From contig NC_134027.1 in the NCBI RefSeq assembly GCF_964204645.1, positions 10,138,485-10,202,484 of the forward strand: 64,000 bases of DNA. Reading direction: 5' to 3'. This document shows positions 23,301 to 34,800 of this stretch, piece by piece. This DNA is from Tubulanus polymorphus. Taxonomy: Eukaryota; Animalia; Nemertea. A program made the position numbers and the translations under genes. The number at the start of each line of letters is the position of its first letter. Position 1 is the first letter of the stretch. The notes below the pieces were generated by a model. The model saw only the letters and a program-made list of their open reading frames with translations. It was not told the origin of the DNA and ran no database searches.

Positions 23301-26300
23301 GGTTACATTAATGCAATAATAAACATAAAAAATGATTAATTGAAGCTACTTTAATGAATTTGATATAATTTCATCGGGATATCGTCTTTCAGCTTGCTGC
23401 AGATACTGACCAGAATGTGAAAAATGGATCAGAGTTATTAGATCGTTTAATGAAGGATATTGTAACCGAAACGCAGACTTTTGATCTTGAAGCATTCATG
23501 CCTCTTCTCAGGGAAAGGATATACACGAAAAATGCATTTGCTCGACAGTTCATCGTATCTTGGGTAAGTAATGCTAAGTCACGAAACAATATTAGAGCAT
23601 TAGGCTAATTAAATTAGAAAATTTATTGCATACCTGTTTTAATAACAGGGAAAACTCATCATAGTTCATTGGAAAAGTAATCTTATTAAAAAAGGAAAAT
23701 AATTACTTTCTAGACCTATGATATGTAGAAGTAGCTACTCATACAATTAGTCCCTGTTGTATGGACAGCTTTTGCAATAGGCCTAGTATGAATTCACCCT
23801 TGATGTGCGAAGATTAGAAATCATACTTTGCATAACCAGTAGCCTAGACAATTAGTAATACAATCTATGACATTTATATATTTCAATCCAGGTATTACTA
23901 GCTAGGTTAATAGCCCGATGTTATATCACAGTGTACTGCAAGTAAAGCTTTATTGCTGATAAACGTACTGTATGTGCTGTTTAATCTCCATAGTTCAGTG
24001 CTTCGTTCCCAATTATTTATACACATAATAAAGAAGTAAAGACTATTCTTAATGTACTGCTCAACATTTTGGCAATGGGTTCTGTGGCTGCATTCGTTGA
24101 GGAATTGTCGAATATCCGCAATAAAAAGACTCGGCTTCAAAGCCAGGACAGGTAATTGCTTTTCTATATCACAGCATTATTGCTATTTCATTCTTAGGTT
24201 GCTGTGTTGGATGCAGTCCCCAATATGAATATGGTCGTATTTTTGCCTGAAATCTTAGACGGTTTATTTTACATTCTTGGTGACCAGAATATTGAAATTC
24301 GTCGCATGTGAGTACTGGATTTATCCATATGGACCCACTTCCACAGTTCTGTGTTAAGATTTGACTCAGAGTGTTAACTAATTGAAAATGAACTAATTTT
24401 ATCTCTGAGTTAACTCTAACTCACAACTGTGCAACTGGAGCCTGGTATTTATTGATCAACACAGTTGAAACTTGCGTTCACTAAAGTCGATTTATTTTTG
24501 TTTGGAATCGATTTTTTTTAAATATTTCTCTTAATCTTTTGAAATCATACCTCAATTTGGTCTTAATATGACCAGTGAAAAAATCTATCCCAGACAAAAA
24601 GAAATAAACTTCAGACACCTTTACCTATGTGACGTTCTTCCGAACTGAAGTCGACAACTGATGATTTTGATCTTTTACTTCAATTTGTTTCAGTATAATC
24701 ATGATTATGAAGATAGGATGGTTGGTGATATTTGTGTATCTGTGACTATTCGACTCCCGTGTGTTATGTGAATGATCATATCCATTGGATAAAAATTTTC
24801 ATGAGTAATCAGACTGAACTTCATTCTGATTACTCCAAGGATAAAAGCAAGGTGGAAAGTGACTAAGATATGTGTTCTAACTATTTCAGGTGTGAGGCAT
24901 TATTGGGTGAATTCCTTCAAGGCATCCGACGTAATCCTCAAAACGTGGACTATTCAGCAATGGTTAACATTCTGATTGCACACTGTCAATCTGGCGGTAC
25001 GTTCAAATCATTAAAACTGACAACTGTCTTTGAAATTTATGTACAGTTTTATTCTAGACACAGCATATTGTGATATGGCCTCTTAGAGATTAGTAATAAT
25101 CATGCCTACATCCATGAATTAATACTGAAAATTGAATCAGACAATGATACAATTTTGCGGCAAGTAATTTTCACTGGTGTTTAATTCTGAGGTCACCAGT
25201 TTGTTTAACACGTTCGCTGCCAGTTAGAAAATATGGTGCCGCCCTCATTTGCCACTACCAATATACTAGTAGGTTTGCACTGGAGCTGTGACCTAGTCAG
25301 CCTTTGCTCGTAGTTGACCAATGAGCATTGAGAATGAAGCAGAGTTAGTTCATACTTCTAGCCAATCAAGAACTGTGTCACGATTGGTAGAACACTATAT
25401 CCGTGTTGACGCGATGTAGAGAGAATCCCACAATGATAATAAAAAGTCCGAAAATGAAACTTCAAGATTGGCCTAGTAGTTTATTTCAACTTTTCGACTA
25501 CCGGTATATCCTAATAGTCATCTTGAGGAATAATGAGAATAATAGTTTGCATCATCTCTGATTACTTGAATTAGTCTCCTTGTCTCTGGATTGTATATAT
25601 ATATATCTCATAATTTTTGTAGTATCTCATTATTCCTGAAGATGACTATTAGGATATAGTCGAAACGTTGAAATAAACTACTATCTCGAAGTTTCGTTTT
25701 CGGACTTTTTATTATCATTGTGGGATTCTCTCTACAAGAACTGTGTCATTCCCATGTGCCCGAGTGTAAATATCGAACTGTAGATAGGAAGAATCAGCTA
25801 CGAATATATTTTAGTGGTACTGGTGACAGAACCTAGAAGTATGAATATATTCACAGCCGGCAGTGAACGTGTTATTCCCCTTCGCTTGTATAGTCAGATT
25901 TTGTCTCATGCGATACATGCCCAGTGATCACGTTCCGCCTCATCTATTTCGACACAGGTTACATTGATGATCTCATACAATATACAGCAATTTATTGGTT
26001 GAAAGAGTTTCTACAGTTATCTGGCCGAGGGATGATACCGTTCGCTTCAGGAATTCTGACTGCTGTTCTTCCATGCCTATCTTACGACGATGATGGCAGA
26101 AGAAATATCCTTTTTTCGCAAATTTACGTAAAATAGGTTAGGCTAATTGGAATAAGATTATATCTAAGTTTAGAATTGAATTTCAAAGCGGGCCAACCTG
26201 AAGTTGAATTTTGAAAAAGCAGATTTAGAATTTGTGAAACTGATAGATTGAAATTTGAAAGTCTGAAAAGAAAAAGATGATTACATGATGTTAGTTTTGT

Positions 26301-29300
26301 TCTTTAATATTACTTGTTTACATATTTATGAGACTGCCAAAGCTGTGAATGCAAGTTTGATGAGACTGATCACCTCTGAGGATGATATGATAACTCCAGT
26401 GAGCAACGAACACAAAACCATAATGGATGACGATACTTTGAACGCATCAGATGAAAAGTTAGTAGCATGATCTTTCATACTGCTGAGTGCAGTTCCACTT
26501 GGTCAAGTCCGATTTGAAATAGTTCTATATCGTTTTCGATGTTTCAACCCTTTCTGTGCGGATTATAGATTGGCAATGGACTTTGATGTTGTTAGTTACT
26601 AGTTTTCAACTAGGGTCCTGAGATGGAGTGAGTGATATAAACACTATATAGGTTTTTCTACTTCAATATATGGACAATCTTGTACTAACAGTACTTATGG
26701 AATCACTCTTTTCACATGTTATTCCTGTGATCATATTGATTATTATCTTTAGTGAATCCAACCAAAATGAAGTTCATATCCTAAAAAAATGAGCCTTTAA
26801 TTAGGAAGGAACTTACTTCGTCGAGGTGTTTATATCATTAGTGAGACTGTAGAACATTCCAGAAAGTGTTTAAAACGTGATATTATTGCAGCATTCAAAA
26901 TCTTTTTACGTAACATATTTACACTTTTTGCATTTTACAAGAATATGAATAGATTTTCTGCCTTGTTTGCAGGGATGAACTGATTTTGCTGAATATTTCA
27001 TCCATCGTCGATGTTCTGTCGTATCAGATGAAAAATGAATCGATGCAAACACGAATCGCTGCTCTTCGATGGATTTATCATCTTCATATTCACACGCCGA
27101 ACAAAGTAAGTAAACTACTTACTATCGTTTGTAGGAATTGGGTCAAATATTTTTCGAGATGAAGTGATCCGTCTCCAGTCCGAAAAATTAGATGAAACGG
27201 AAATAAACTGTCCTTTCATATTAAAGTCCAATCAATCCTGGAATTTGTTAGTGTTTAGTTTCATGATCGGATATTTTCATAATAAGCCCATCTGATTATA
27301 AATCAGCGTTACCACCAACGCTAAAGTAACTAACTATCCTGGAACAGGTTTCATTTACTTTTTTAGCCCACTTGGGACTTTAGTCCCAGCGGGCTATTGC
27401 GTTCACTTTTCGTCCGTCCGTCCGTTCGTCCGTAGACGGAATCCAGTTATTTTAGGAAGTTTTGAAGACGCTTCAAGGTAATGTCTTGATATTTAGGTTA
27501 CACATGTATCTACCCTAGACACATCTTCAGCCCAAAAACTGGCCCTGTCAGATTCAAGATGGCCGACTGGCAGCCATTGTTGTTCGCCAAAATCAGCACT
27601 TTTTACACATTTTTGAACTTTTTGAGGGAAATTTTGAAGACGCTTTGATCAATTACCTTGATCTTTCGGATATATGTGAATTCCCCCAGGGCCCATCAGC
27701 ATAACAAAAATTGGGTTGATCAGACTCAAGATGGCCGTCCTATGACCTTTTTAGTGCCCAAAAATGTTAATTTTGGCCCAAATTCTGAGTCATGTAGCTT
27801 CCTACTGGTTTATCATTTCTCATTGCAATTTGTGATGGGTATTCTTTGGAAAGGGATGTTTTATACCTGAGACAGGTATTTTTCATCAGCCAATTATGAC
27901 GCAATTGGCGGCCATCTTGGTGTCAGCAGTACTCATTCATAAGTGGGAAAAAGTTTTTCCACATTATTTTGATACCTAAGCGTATTTTGTTACCACAATC
28001 ATTTAGAAAATTGTAGCTCATAACGTGTTCTATGATTGTGGTGAGTTTCAAGGTCATTGGTTTTTGTATATGGCCACCAGGGGGCGTTGAATAATGCAAT
28101 ATCTGAGTATTTCTATATTATATTCATATCAATGCATATTTTGTAACCACAATCAATTGCAAAGTTGTAGCTCATGACATCATCTATGATTGTGGCAAGT
28201 TTTAAGGCCATTAGTTATTCTATATGGTCACCAGGGGGCATTGAATAGTAGAATAACTTAGTATTTCCTTATTATATTGGTACCTAGGCATATTTTGTTA
28301 CCATGATCATTTTCAAAGTTATAGTTCGTGACATTTTCTATGATTATGGTGAGTTTCAAGGTCATTGGGTTTTGAATATGGTCACCAGGGGGCGTTGAAT
28401 AGTAGAATAACTTAGTATTTCCATATTAAAGTGGTAACGAGGCATATTTTGTTATCACAATCAATTACAAAATCGTAGCTGCTGACATGTTCTATGATTG
28501 TGGTGAGTTTCAAGGTCATTGGATTCTGTATATGGTCACCAGGGGGCGTTGAATATTGAAATTGTTAGATTGTTGAGCATTTGGAACCACTTCCCAAGTG
28601 GGCATGGTGTCCCTGGACCCCTAGTTTCATATCTCGCTAATCTATTTGGTTTTGTTATTTTACAGATATTTAGACATGTCGAAGACTTGTTTCCACTCCT
28701 TATGAAGTCACTATCAGATCCATCGGATGAGGTATAGTTGAATTAAAGATAGACTTATTGATAAGTGAAATCTTAATGGAAATGTTCATATCTTAGCTCT
28801 GTCTTCTAACAGCGTAATTATAAAACTACTATCTGCATGAAGATTACCCTTTGTAAATGCAAATATCTATTCAAATATTTCGTAATTTCTGAAATTATTG
28901 ATGTTTATGATATCTCATGATGAATCTGTACTTGCAATACCGTAAATGTTAACTTGCAATAAGTAACTTGTTCCTTGTTCCTTATTCAGATTTTCGTCTT
29001 TACCGGTTCAATTTTCGTTACTTATTGAGAATTCATCTCCCAATAAGGAAGATGTTACTTGTTCCTTATTGGGAGATGAATTCTTGATAAGTAACGAAAA
29101 TTGAACCGGTAAAGACGAAAGTCTGAATAAGGAACAAGTAACAAGTTACTTGTTCCTTATTGGGCGGTGAATTCTCAATAAGTAACGAAAATTGAACCGG
29201 TAAAGATGAAAATCTGAATAAGGAACAAGGAACAAGTTACTTGTTCCTCATTGGGAGATGAATTCTCAATAAGTAACGGAATAAGGAATAAGGAACAGGT

Positions 29301-32300
29301 AATGAACTTCACTGGGGTACATGGGGAGGGAAGTTGATGAATGACTGGTACCGACTTAATATTGATACGAATCATATAGACCTAAATTAAGTACCATATA
29401 CGTGTCAACATGTTATAGGTGGTATTGCTTGACCTAGAAGTTCTGGCAGAAATATCATCGAGTCCAGCCGGTCACAGCACACCGATCAACAACAAAGACT
29501 CTTCCTGTTTAGAACCGGAAGTGCAGAGTCTGCTCGAAAGTACTCACGGCATGAATAAGTTCTTCACGAAGTTCATGATGAGTTTACTGAAACTTTTCAG
29601 CTCAGATAAACAATTGCTGGACGAACGTGGCTCATTTATCATTAGGTAGGCAGAGATGTTTCCGTCATCTTTGTTCGATAACGCACACCGGAACTTTGCT
29701 TGTATGAATTAGAGCTCATTAGTGGCGTAGTCATGACTTACTAAACTTAAGTCCAGAAAATAAGACCGGTGCAGTTTGGTTGAAAATAAGCTAAGATTGG
29801 AACTAAGTTAAGGTTGTTGATTTACATAAAAAATGATGATTTGGCTCAAATAACTTGATACCTTGTTTCTCCTAATCGGTCGAGTCACTTTTGTAAACTG
29901 CAATTGAATTTGCAATCAGTTCATTTCTATAACTGTCAGGTCTGTTATGGTTGATCATGATTTTAGAAAAAGTCATGTACAGGATAAGTAAGAAACAAGG
30001 TATCAATTTATTTTAGCCTTATGTTAAAAATTAGAATATGATGATTGGGTTTTTGTGGACAATATACACGAAACTGTGGTCAGGGAACTATGTGTAGGGA
30101 AAAAATGAACCACTCTATACTTTCGAATTTTCAGGCAGCTGGCTTTGCTTTTGAATGCCGAAGATATTTACCGAACATTCTCGGAAATTCTCTTGCTCGA
30201 ACCCGACATGAAATTCGCGTCGCAGATGATCCAGACGTTAAATGCAATATTGTTGACGTCGACGGAACTTTTCGAGCTGCGAACACAATTGAAAGACTTG
30301 AAAACCAAGGTAAGACCAGGCTGAAAATTGATCTTCTAGTAAAGTCACTATAGTCCTTGTCTGTGTGTAAGTTTGCAGAATGATATCATGATATGGCATA
30401 ATGAATTCAAGTACATGTGATAGTAATAAAAAATATACCAGTATACATGGTTATACTAAGTATAACCATGTATACTGGTATATTTTTTAACCACACTCAA
30501 TAAGGATTCTATCTGATTTGATTGGTTATTTTCGACTGTTTCATCATCAATTTTTTTTTTCTCAATTGTAGGAGAGTTGTGCGCTATTCCGATGTTTATA
30601 CAAGTCCTGGTGCCACAATCCGGTAGCGACGATATCGTTGTGTTTACTAACACAAAACTATAAACACGCCTGTCATCTTTTACAGCATTTGTATCCTTTT
30701 TTCATATACAGCGCTTAGTATTGTAGCTATCTATTTGCAAAGACGAACACAAGTCATTTATGATTGACTTTTAAACTTTGTTAAACCAGCATTTTTCTGA
30801 CCTTCTTAGTCAGATCAATGATCAATATCTCTCATGTGGTCATTTATAGATATATTTTGCTTGTTGCCCTTAACTTGTTAGTGGTGATATTGAAGTGACT
30901 GTCGAGTTCTTACGTGAAGTAGATAAACTAGTCCAGCTAATCGAGTCGCCTATATTCACATGTAAGGCCATCCCTAAATAGTTGTTTTCATAAGAATTCT
31001 TTAGGTGTTCTAATGAACATGTTATCACAACTGACTTAAAAATGATAAATTGATAGATCTATATACCAGGTATCGTTTGTAATGTAAGAGTTCTGGCTTA
31101 ATCTGCATTGTAGATTTACGACTTCACATGCTAGAAGTTCAGCACAATCATTACCTGTTGAAGAGTCTGTACGGCTTGTTGATGTTATTACCACAAAGCG
31201 ATGCCTTTAAAACATTACGCAATCGTCTCGAAAGCGTGCCAACATTGCAGCTTGTGCCTCCAGAAGAAAAGTAAGCACAGGATCCTACGATCTTTTATGA
31301 TTTCACTATAGATTTAGCAAGGCAATTTTTTCAAAACCTATTGCTAGTCTGAATATTACCGTAAGATAATCCTGATGATCTTTTCACCCATTGTCTGTAT
31401 ATCTGTGTGTCCATTCACAGACGGAATCCAGTTTGGGTTGTTTTGCAGACGCTTCAATGGATTATGTATAATCTTAATGTTGCATATATAGATATTTACC
31501 CCCTTAGGGCCCATCATTGTAAGTGAATTGGGTCAGTCGGGCACAAGATGGCTGTCCTGTGACTTTTTAGCCCACTTGGTACTTTAGTCGGCCACTTGGG
31601 ACTTGGCGCTTTGATCAATTACCTTGATCTTTCGGATATATGTGAATCCCCCCAGGGCCCATCAACATAACAAAAATTGGGTCGGTCGGATTCGAGATGG
31701 CCGTCCTATGACCTTTTTTGTGCCCAAAAATGTTAATTTTGGCCCGAATTCTGAGTCCTGTAGCTTCCTACTGGTTTGCCATTTCTCATTGCAATTTGTG
31801 ATGGGTATTCTTTGGAAAGGGATGTTTTATACCTGAGACAGGTATTTTTCATCAGCCAATTATGACGCAATTGGCGGCCATCTTTGTGTCACCAGTACTC
31901 ATTCATAAGTGGGAAAAAGTTTTTCCAAATTATATTGATACCTTAGCGTATTTTGCTACCACAATCAATTAGAAAGTTGTAGCTCATAACGTGTTCTATG
32001 ATTGTGGTGAGTTTCAAGGTAATTGGATTTCGTATATGGCCACCAGGGGGCGTTGAAAAATACAATATCTTCGCATTTCTTTATTATATTCGTACCTATG
32101 CATATTTGGTAACCACAATCAATTGGAAAGTTGTAGCTCATGACATCATCTATGATTGTTGCGAGTTTTAAGGACATTAGTTTTTCTATATGGTCACCAG
32201 GGGGCGTTGAATAGTAGAATAACTTAGTATTTCCTTATTATATTGGTACCTAGGCATATTTTGTTACCATGATCAATTGCAAAGTTGTAGTTCATGACAT

Positions 32301-33196
32301 GTTCTATAGTTGTGGTGAGTTTCGAGGTCATTGGGTTTTGAATATGGTCACCAGGGGGCGTTGAATAGTAGAATGACTTAGTATTTCCATATTAAATTGG
32401 TAACGAGGCATATTTTGTTATCACAATCAATTACAAAATCGTAGCTGCTGACATGTTCTATGATTTTGGTGAGTTTCAAGGTCGTTGGTTTTTGTAAATG
32501 GTCACCAGGGGGCGTTGAATATTGAAATTGTTAGATTGTTGAGCATTTGAAACCACTTCCCAAGTGGGCATGGTGTCCCTGGACCCCTAGTTTTGTGGCA
32601 GAAATGTCATTTTTGGCCTGAATTTCAAAGCCTGTAGTTTCCTAATGGTTTGCCATCTTTTTTCTTTTATTATGATTTTTGATGGGTATACTGAAGGGAT
32701 CTTTGACATATCACACAGGTTATCCCCAATCTTAGTCTCACCAGTCCTCAGCGGGTTTTAACTTAACCACAATCAATTGCAAAGTTGTAGCTCATGACAT
32801 GTTCTGTTACATGACATGTTTGTAACTTCAAAGCAATTGATTACCCTATTTGTCAACCAGGGGGCGTTGAATATTGAAATATTGAATATTGTCAGATTAT
32901 CAAGCATTTCACTCAAGTGGCCAGTTCTATCTTGTTTCACATTGTTTGAATCATCTAGAATAGATTAAAACATGAGACATACGATTTGAATCTCAAGTCG
33001 TTAATGGCGTGCTTGATCTGATCTGCTTTGTCATCTTGTTTTCAGACGAAAAGCTCCGAAGAATGATCCAGAAGATCGGCCGACGCTGAAAGAGATCAAT
33101 TTCGATGCGCTAGTCAAACAGTTTACCGATATACAAGAGAAACATCGATCCGCGAGACGTCAACCGAAACGTCTGGATAACATTAGACCGTCATGA
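20398..33196 (+). CDS. VAC14: Protein VAC14 homolog (PIKfyve/FIG4 complex scaffold), about 732 aa
   Basis: Sixteen exons in frame: 20398-20498, 22134-22284, 22601-22768, 23393-23563, 24198-24307, 24890-24996, 25958-26104, 26322-26457, 26973-27105, 28666-28731, 29419-29645, 30135-30309, 30572-30690, 30882-30961, 31114-31270, 33046-33196 (2199 nt). Diagnostic peptides: [90 protein letters not shown]. Confidence 0.97.
20690..22046 (+). mobile_element. Old, interrupted copy of the Helentron-type (HINE) element
   Basis: 20700-21180 is similar to 27395-28140; the 3' end GGCATGGTGTCCCTCAACCCCTAGT is at about 22022-22046; about 800 bp of unrelated sequence lies between. Confidence 0.65.
23025..23302. 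mobile_element. piggyBac-like MITE
   Basis: TTAA|CCCTTTC...GAAAGGG; same family as 13119-13404. Confidence 0.75.
25381..25736. mobile_element. Palindromic Penelope-like relic
   Basis: Inverted arms about 25415-25537 and 25626-25736, a 34-bp one-sided tail (25381-25414), and flanking direct repeat (CA)AGAACTGTGTCA. Confidence 0.8.
25631..25675 (+). ncRNA. Minimal type I hammerhead ribozyme motif
   Basis: TATTC-CTGAAGA(25636-25642)-T-GACTAT(TAGGAT)ATAGTC-GAAA(25662-25665)-CGTT-GAAATA. Core intact, 6-bp stem II, loopless palindromic stem III (AACGTT), GUU cleavage triplet. Confidence 0.65.
26105..26321 (+). other. U12-type AT-AC intron in VAC14
   Basis: 5' ATATCCTTT, branch-like TTCTTTAAT at 26300-26308, 3' TTTAC. 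Splicing restores [16 protein letters not shown]. Confidence 0.92.
27361..28625 (+). mobile_element. Non-autonomous Helentron-type element (HINE/DINE-1/pearl architecture) with 4 x 154-bp tandem repeat
   Basis: Sits in a T run. 5' hairpin TAGCCCACTTGGGACT-TT-AGTCCCAGCGGGCTA, (CGTC)n microsatellite, subterminal inverted repeat GCCCACTTGGGA/TCCCAAGTGGGC, 3' stem-loop GTCC-CT-GGAC, then CTAGT. Confidence 0.85.
28961..29298. repeat. 91-bp unit array: one inverted copy plus about 2.5 direct copies
   Basis: GTTACTTGTTCCT(T/C)ATTGGG recurs at 29054, 29145 and 29236; 28961-29050 is the reverse complement of the unit. Confidence 0.9.
30427..30489. repeat. Perfect palindrome, 31-bp arms, 1-nt spacer
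   Basis: TAAAAAATATACCAGTATACATGGTTATACT-A-AGTATAACCATGTATACTGGTATATTTTTTA. Confidence 0.95.
30691..30881 (+). other. U12-type GT-AG intron in VAC14
   Basis: 5' GTATCCTTT, branch CCCTTAAC at 30867-30874, 7 nt before the intron end. Splicing restores [15 protein letters not shown]. Confidence 0.92.
31564..32591 (+). mobile_element. Young HINE copy (4 x 154-bp units) nested in an older copy of the same family (about 31381-32925)
   Basis: Highly similar to 27640-28625, with the same termini. The flanks join into a continuous, more diverged copy. Confidence 0.85.
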
Positions 33197-33679
33197 AAAC
33201 TCGCTCCAGTTTAAGTTGGGGAGTTATCAGCTTCGTGTTTCTGCCAGTTTTTGATACTTTGTCGAGGGTGTGTGTTTCGCAGAATTCTATTTTTAAAGGA
33301 TCTACCGATGTAATTTATTTTATGTTTGTTAAGTTTGAAAAAAAATCGTCCTTTTCTGCGATGTAATTAGTACTGAAATCAGTGTCAACATTGATGAAAT
33401 TGCCGACTAAAATCAAAATCTGACTCGAACTTGGTCTACTGAAAAAGAAATGAAATCATGTCTAATCAAAGTTAAAAAGTGGTTATTGATGTGATAAATC
33501 ATAGTGGATGTAAAACGTAGCGTTTCAAGACCCCAAAATACTGTATCGCTAACAGCAGCTGAAGAACTGCCAGGCATTTGACATTCTTTCAAAGAATTGG
33601 GCTGCATCAGTGCGATGCTCGTCCAGTGATCAATGCATTCCACGAAATGAATCGTTGAGATATACATGTATCTACGTAC

Positions 33680-34012
33680 CAGTGGCGGATCCAGGTAGGG
33701 GTGCACCCAGCACACGCCCTCCTTTTCACGGCCGACGAAAAATTTCAAAAACATGGTCATTATCATGAAAAGGTACATAGCTATTTGATGCAGAATTTGT
33801 CATTATAATCCTTTGATTTTTATCAAAAAAGTGTTCAGCACCAGAAAGAATGTACCTTTTCAAAGTTTTCGAGAAGAGGGCTAGACCCCCTTATAGGTGA
33901 ATCACTTGGCTTGTGCGAGGACAGCTGAGCCGTCCTGATCTTTCTACCGCATCATCATAATTCTACATTGGTCCATTCACACCCCTCCCTTCAAATTCTT
34001 GGATCCGCCCTG
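33680..34012. mobile_element. MITE, CAG(T/G)GGCGGATCCAG family
   Basis: CAGTGGCGGATCCAG...TTGGATCCGCCCTG. Confidence 0.65.
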
Positions 34013-34647
34013 TATCCTGTATGTGATATTAGACTAATATTATAGTAGTGCATATGTAATTTTATTTTTTTAGAATAATGAGCAATCAAATGTTATTCCC
34101 TTCTACTTCTGTCTTAACCAATCAAGTAACACTGTTTCTTGATCCACAAATACTATAGCGCAAACAAATATGAAAATGGAACATTTTCATTTTTCATACA
34201 ATATCTAGGAAGATCATAAGGTAGCATTATTAAATATCGTAGTAACATTATGCAATGATACTGCCACAGTAATCGGTGCATTTACTTAACGGGTAAATGG
34301 CAGATATGTGTATATATTTCATAATGTTAATGATGGAAATCATTCTGTGCTATAAGTACTACGTATACATACTCTAGTCATGTAACTGTAACTAAGGACA
34401 GAAAAATCCTGTTATATCACGGTGATATAGAAATATTCTGCACCAACCGGTATACGATATATATATATGTCATCTTCGTCTTTCAGAACCTGGTATTTTC
34501 CTAATTCACAATTTCATGAAAAAAAGTTCTAAATTCCATACTCTGGTTTGGTTTCAGTTAGTTACATTAAGACTTTTCATTCAATTAGGACATTCACTAT
34601 CCAACAACTATTGCAAGCTTTTGCGTGAAATTTCTGATTAACTTATA

Positions 34648-34800
34648 CAGTAGAACTCGCTTAATCCGGATTTCTCGCTTAGTTTAGATGAAATATTTGG
34701 TCCATTTTGGAACTATGTTATCTATTATTCATAATTCAGATTTTACTAAATTCGAAGAAATATGGGCAGTCCCTAGTCATCCGAATAGTGAGTTCTACTG
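34648..34800. mobile_element. Tc1/mariner-type MITE
   Basis: TA|CAGTAGAACTC...GAGTTCTACTG|TA. A similar element lies at 35994-36146. Confidence 0.7.

Larger units (their letters stand above)
25209..25871. mobile_element. TTAA-targeting MITE hosting a Penelope-like insert
   Basis: TTAA|CACGTTCGCTGCC...GGCAGTGAACGTG|TTA. Confidence 0.6.

Noticed and set aside
27658-27870. 70-aa ORF repeated at 31624-31836
   Set aside because: Both lie in copies of the same non-autonomous element; similarity reflects the repeat, and the start is TTG.
28071-28551. Regularly spaced GC-rich motif resembling a CRISPR array
   Set aside because: The intervening sequences are homologous to each other (a 154-bp tandem repeat), the context is eukaryotic, and no cas genes are present.
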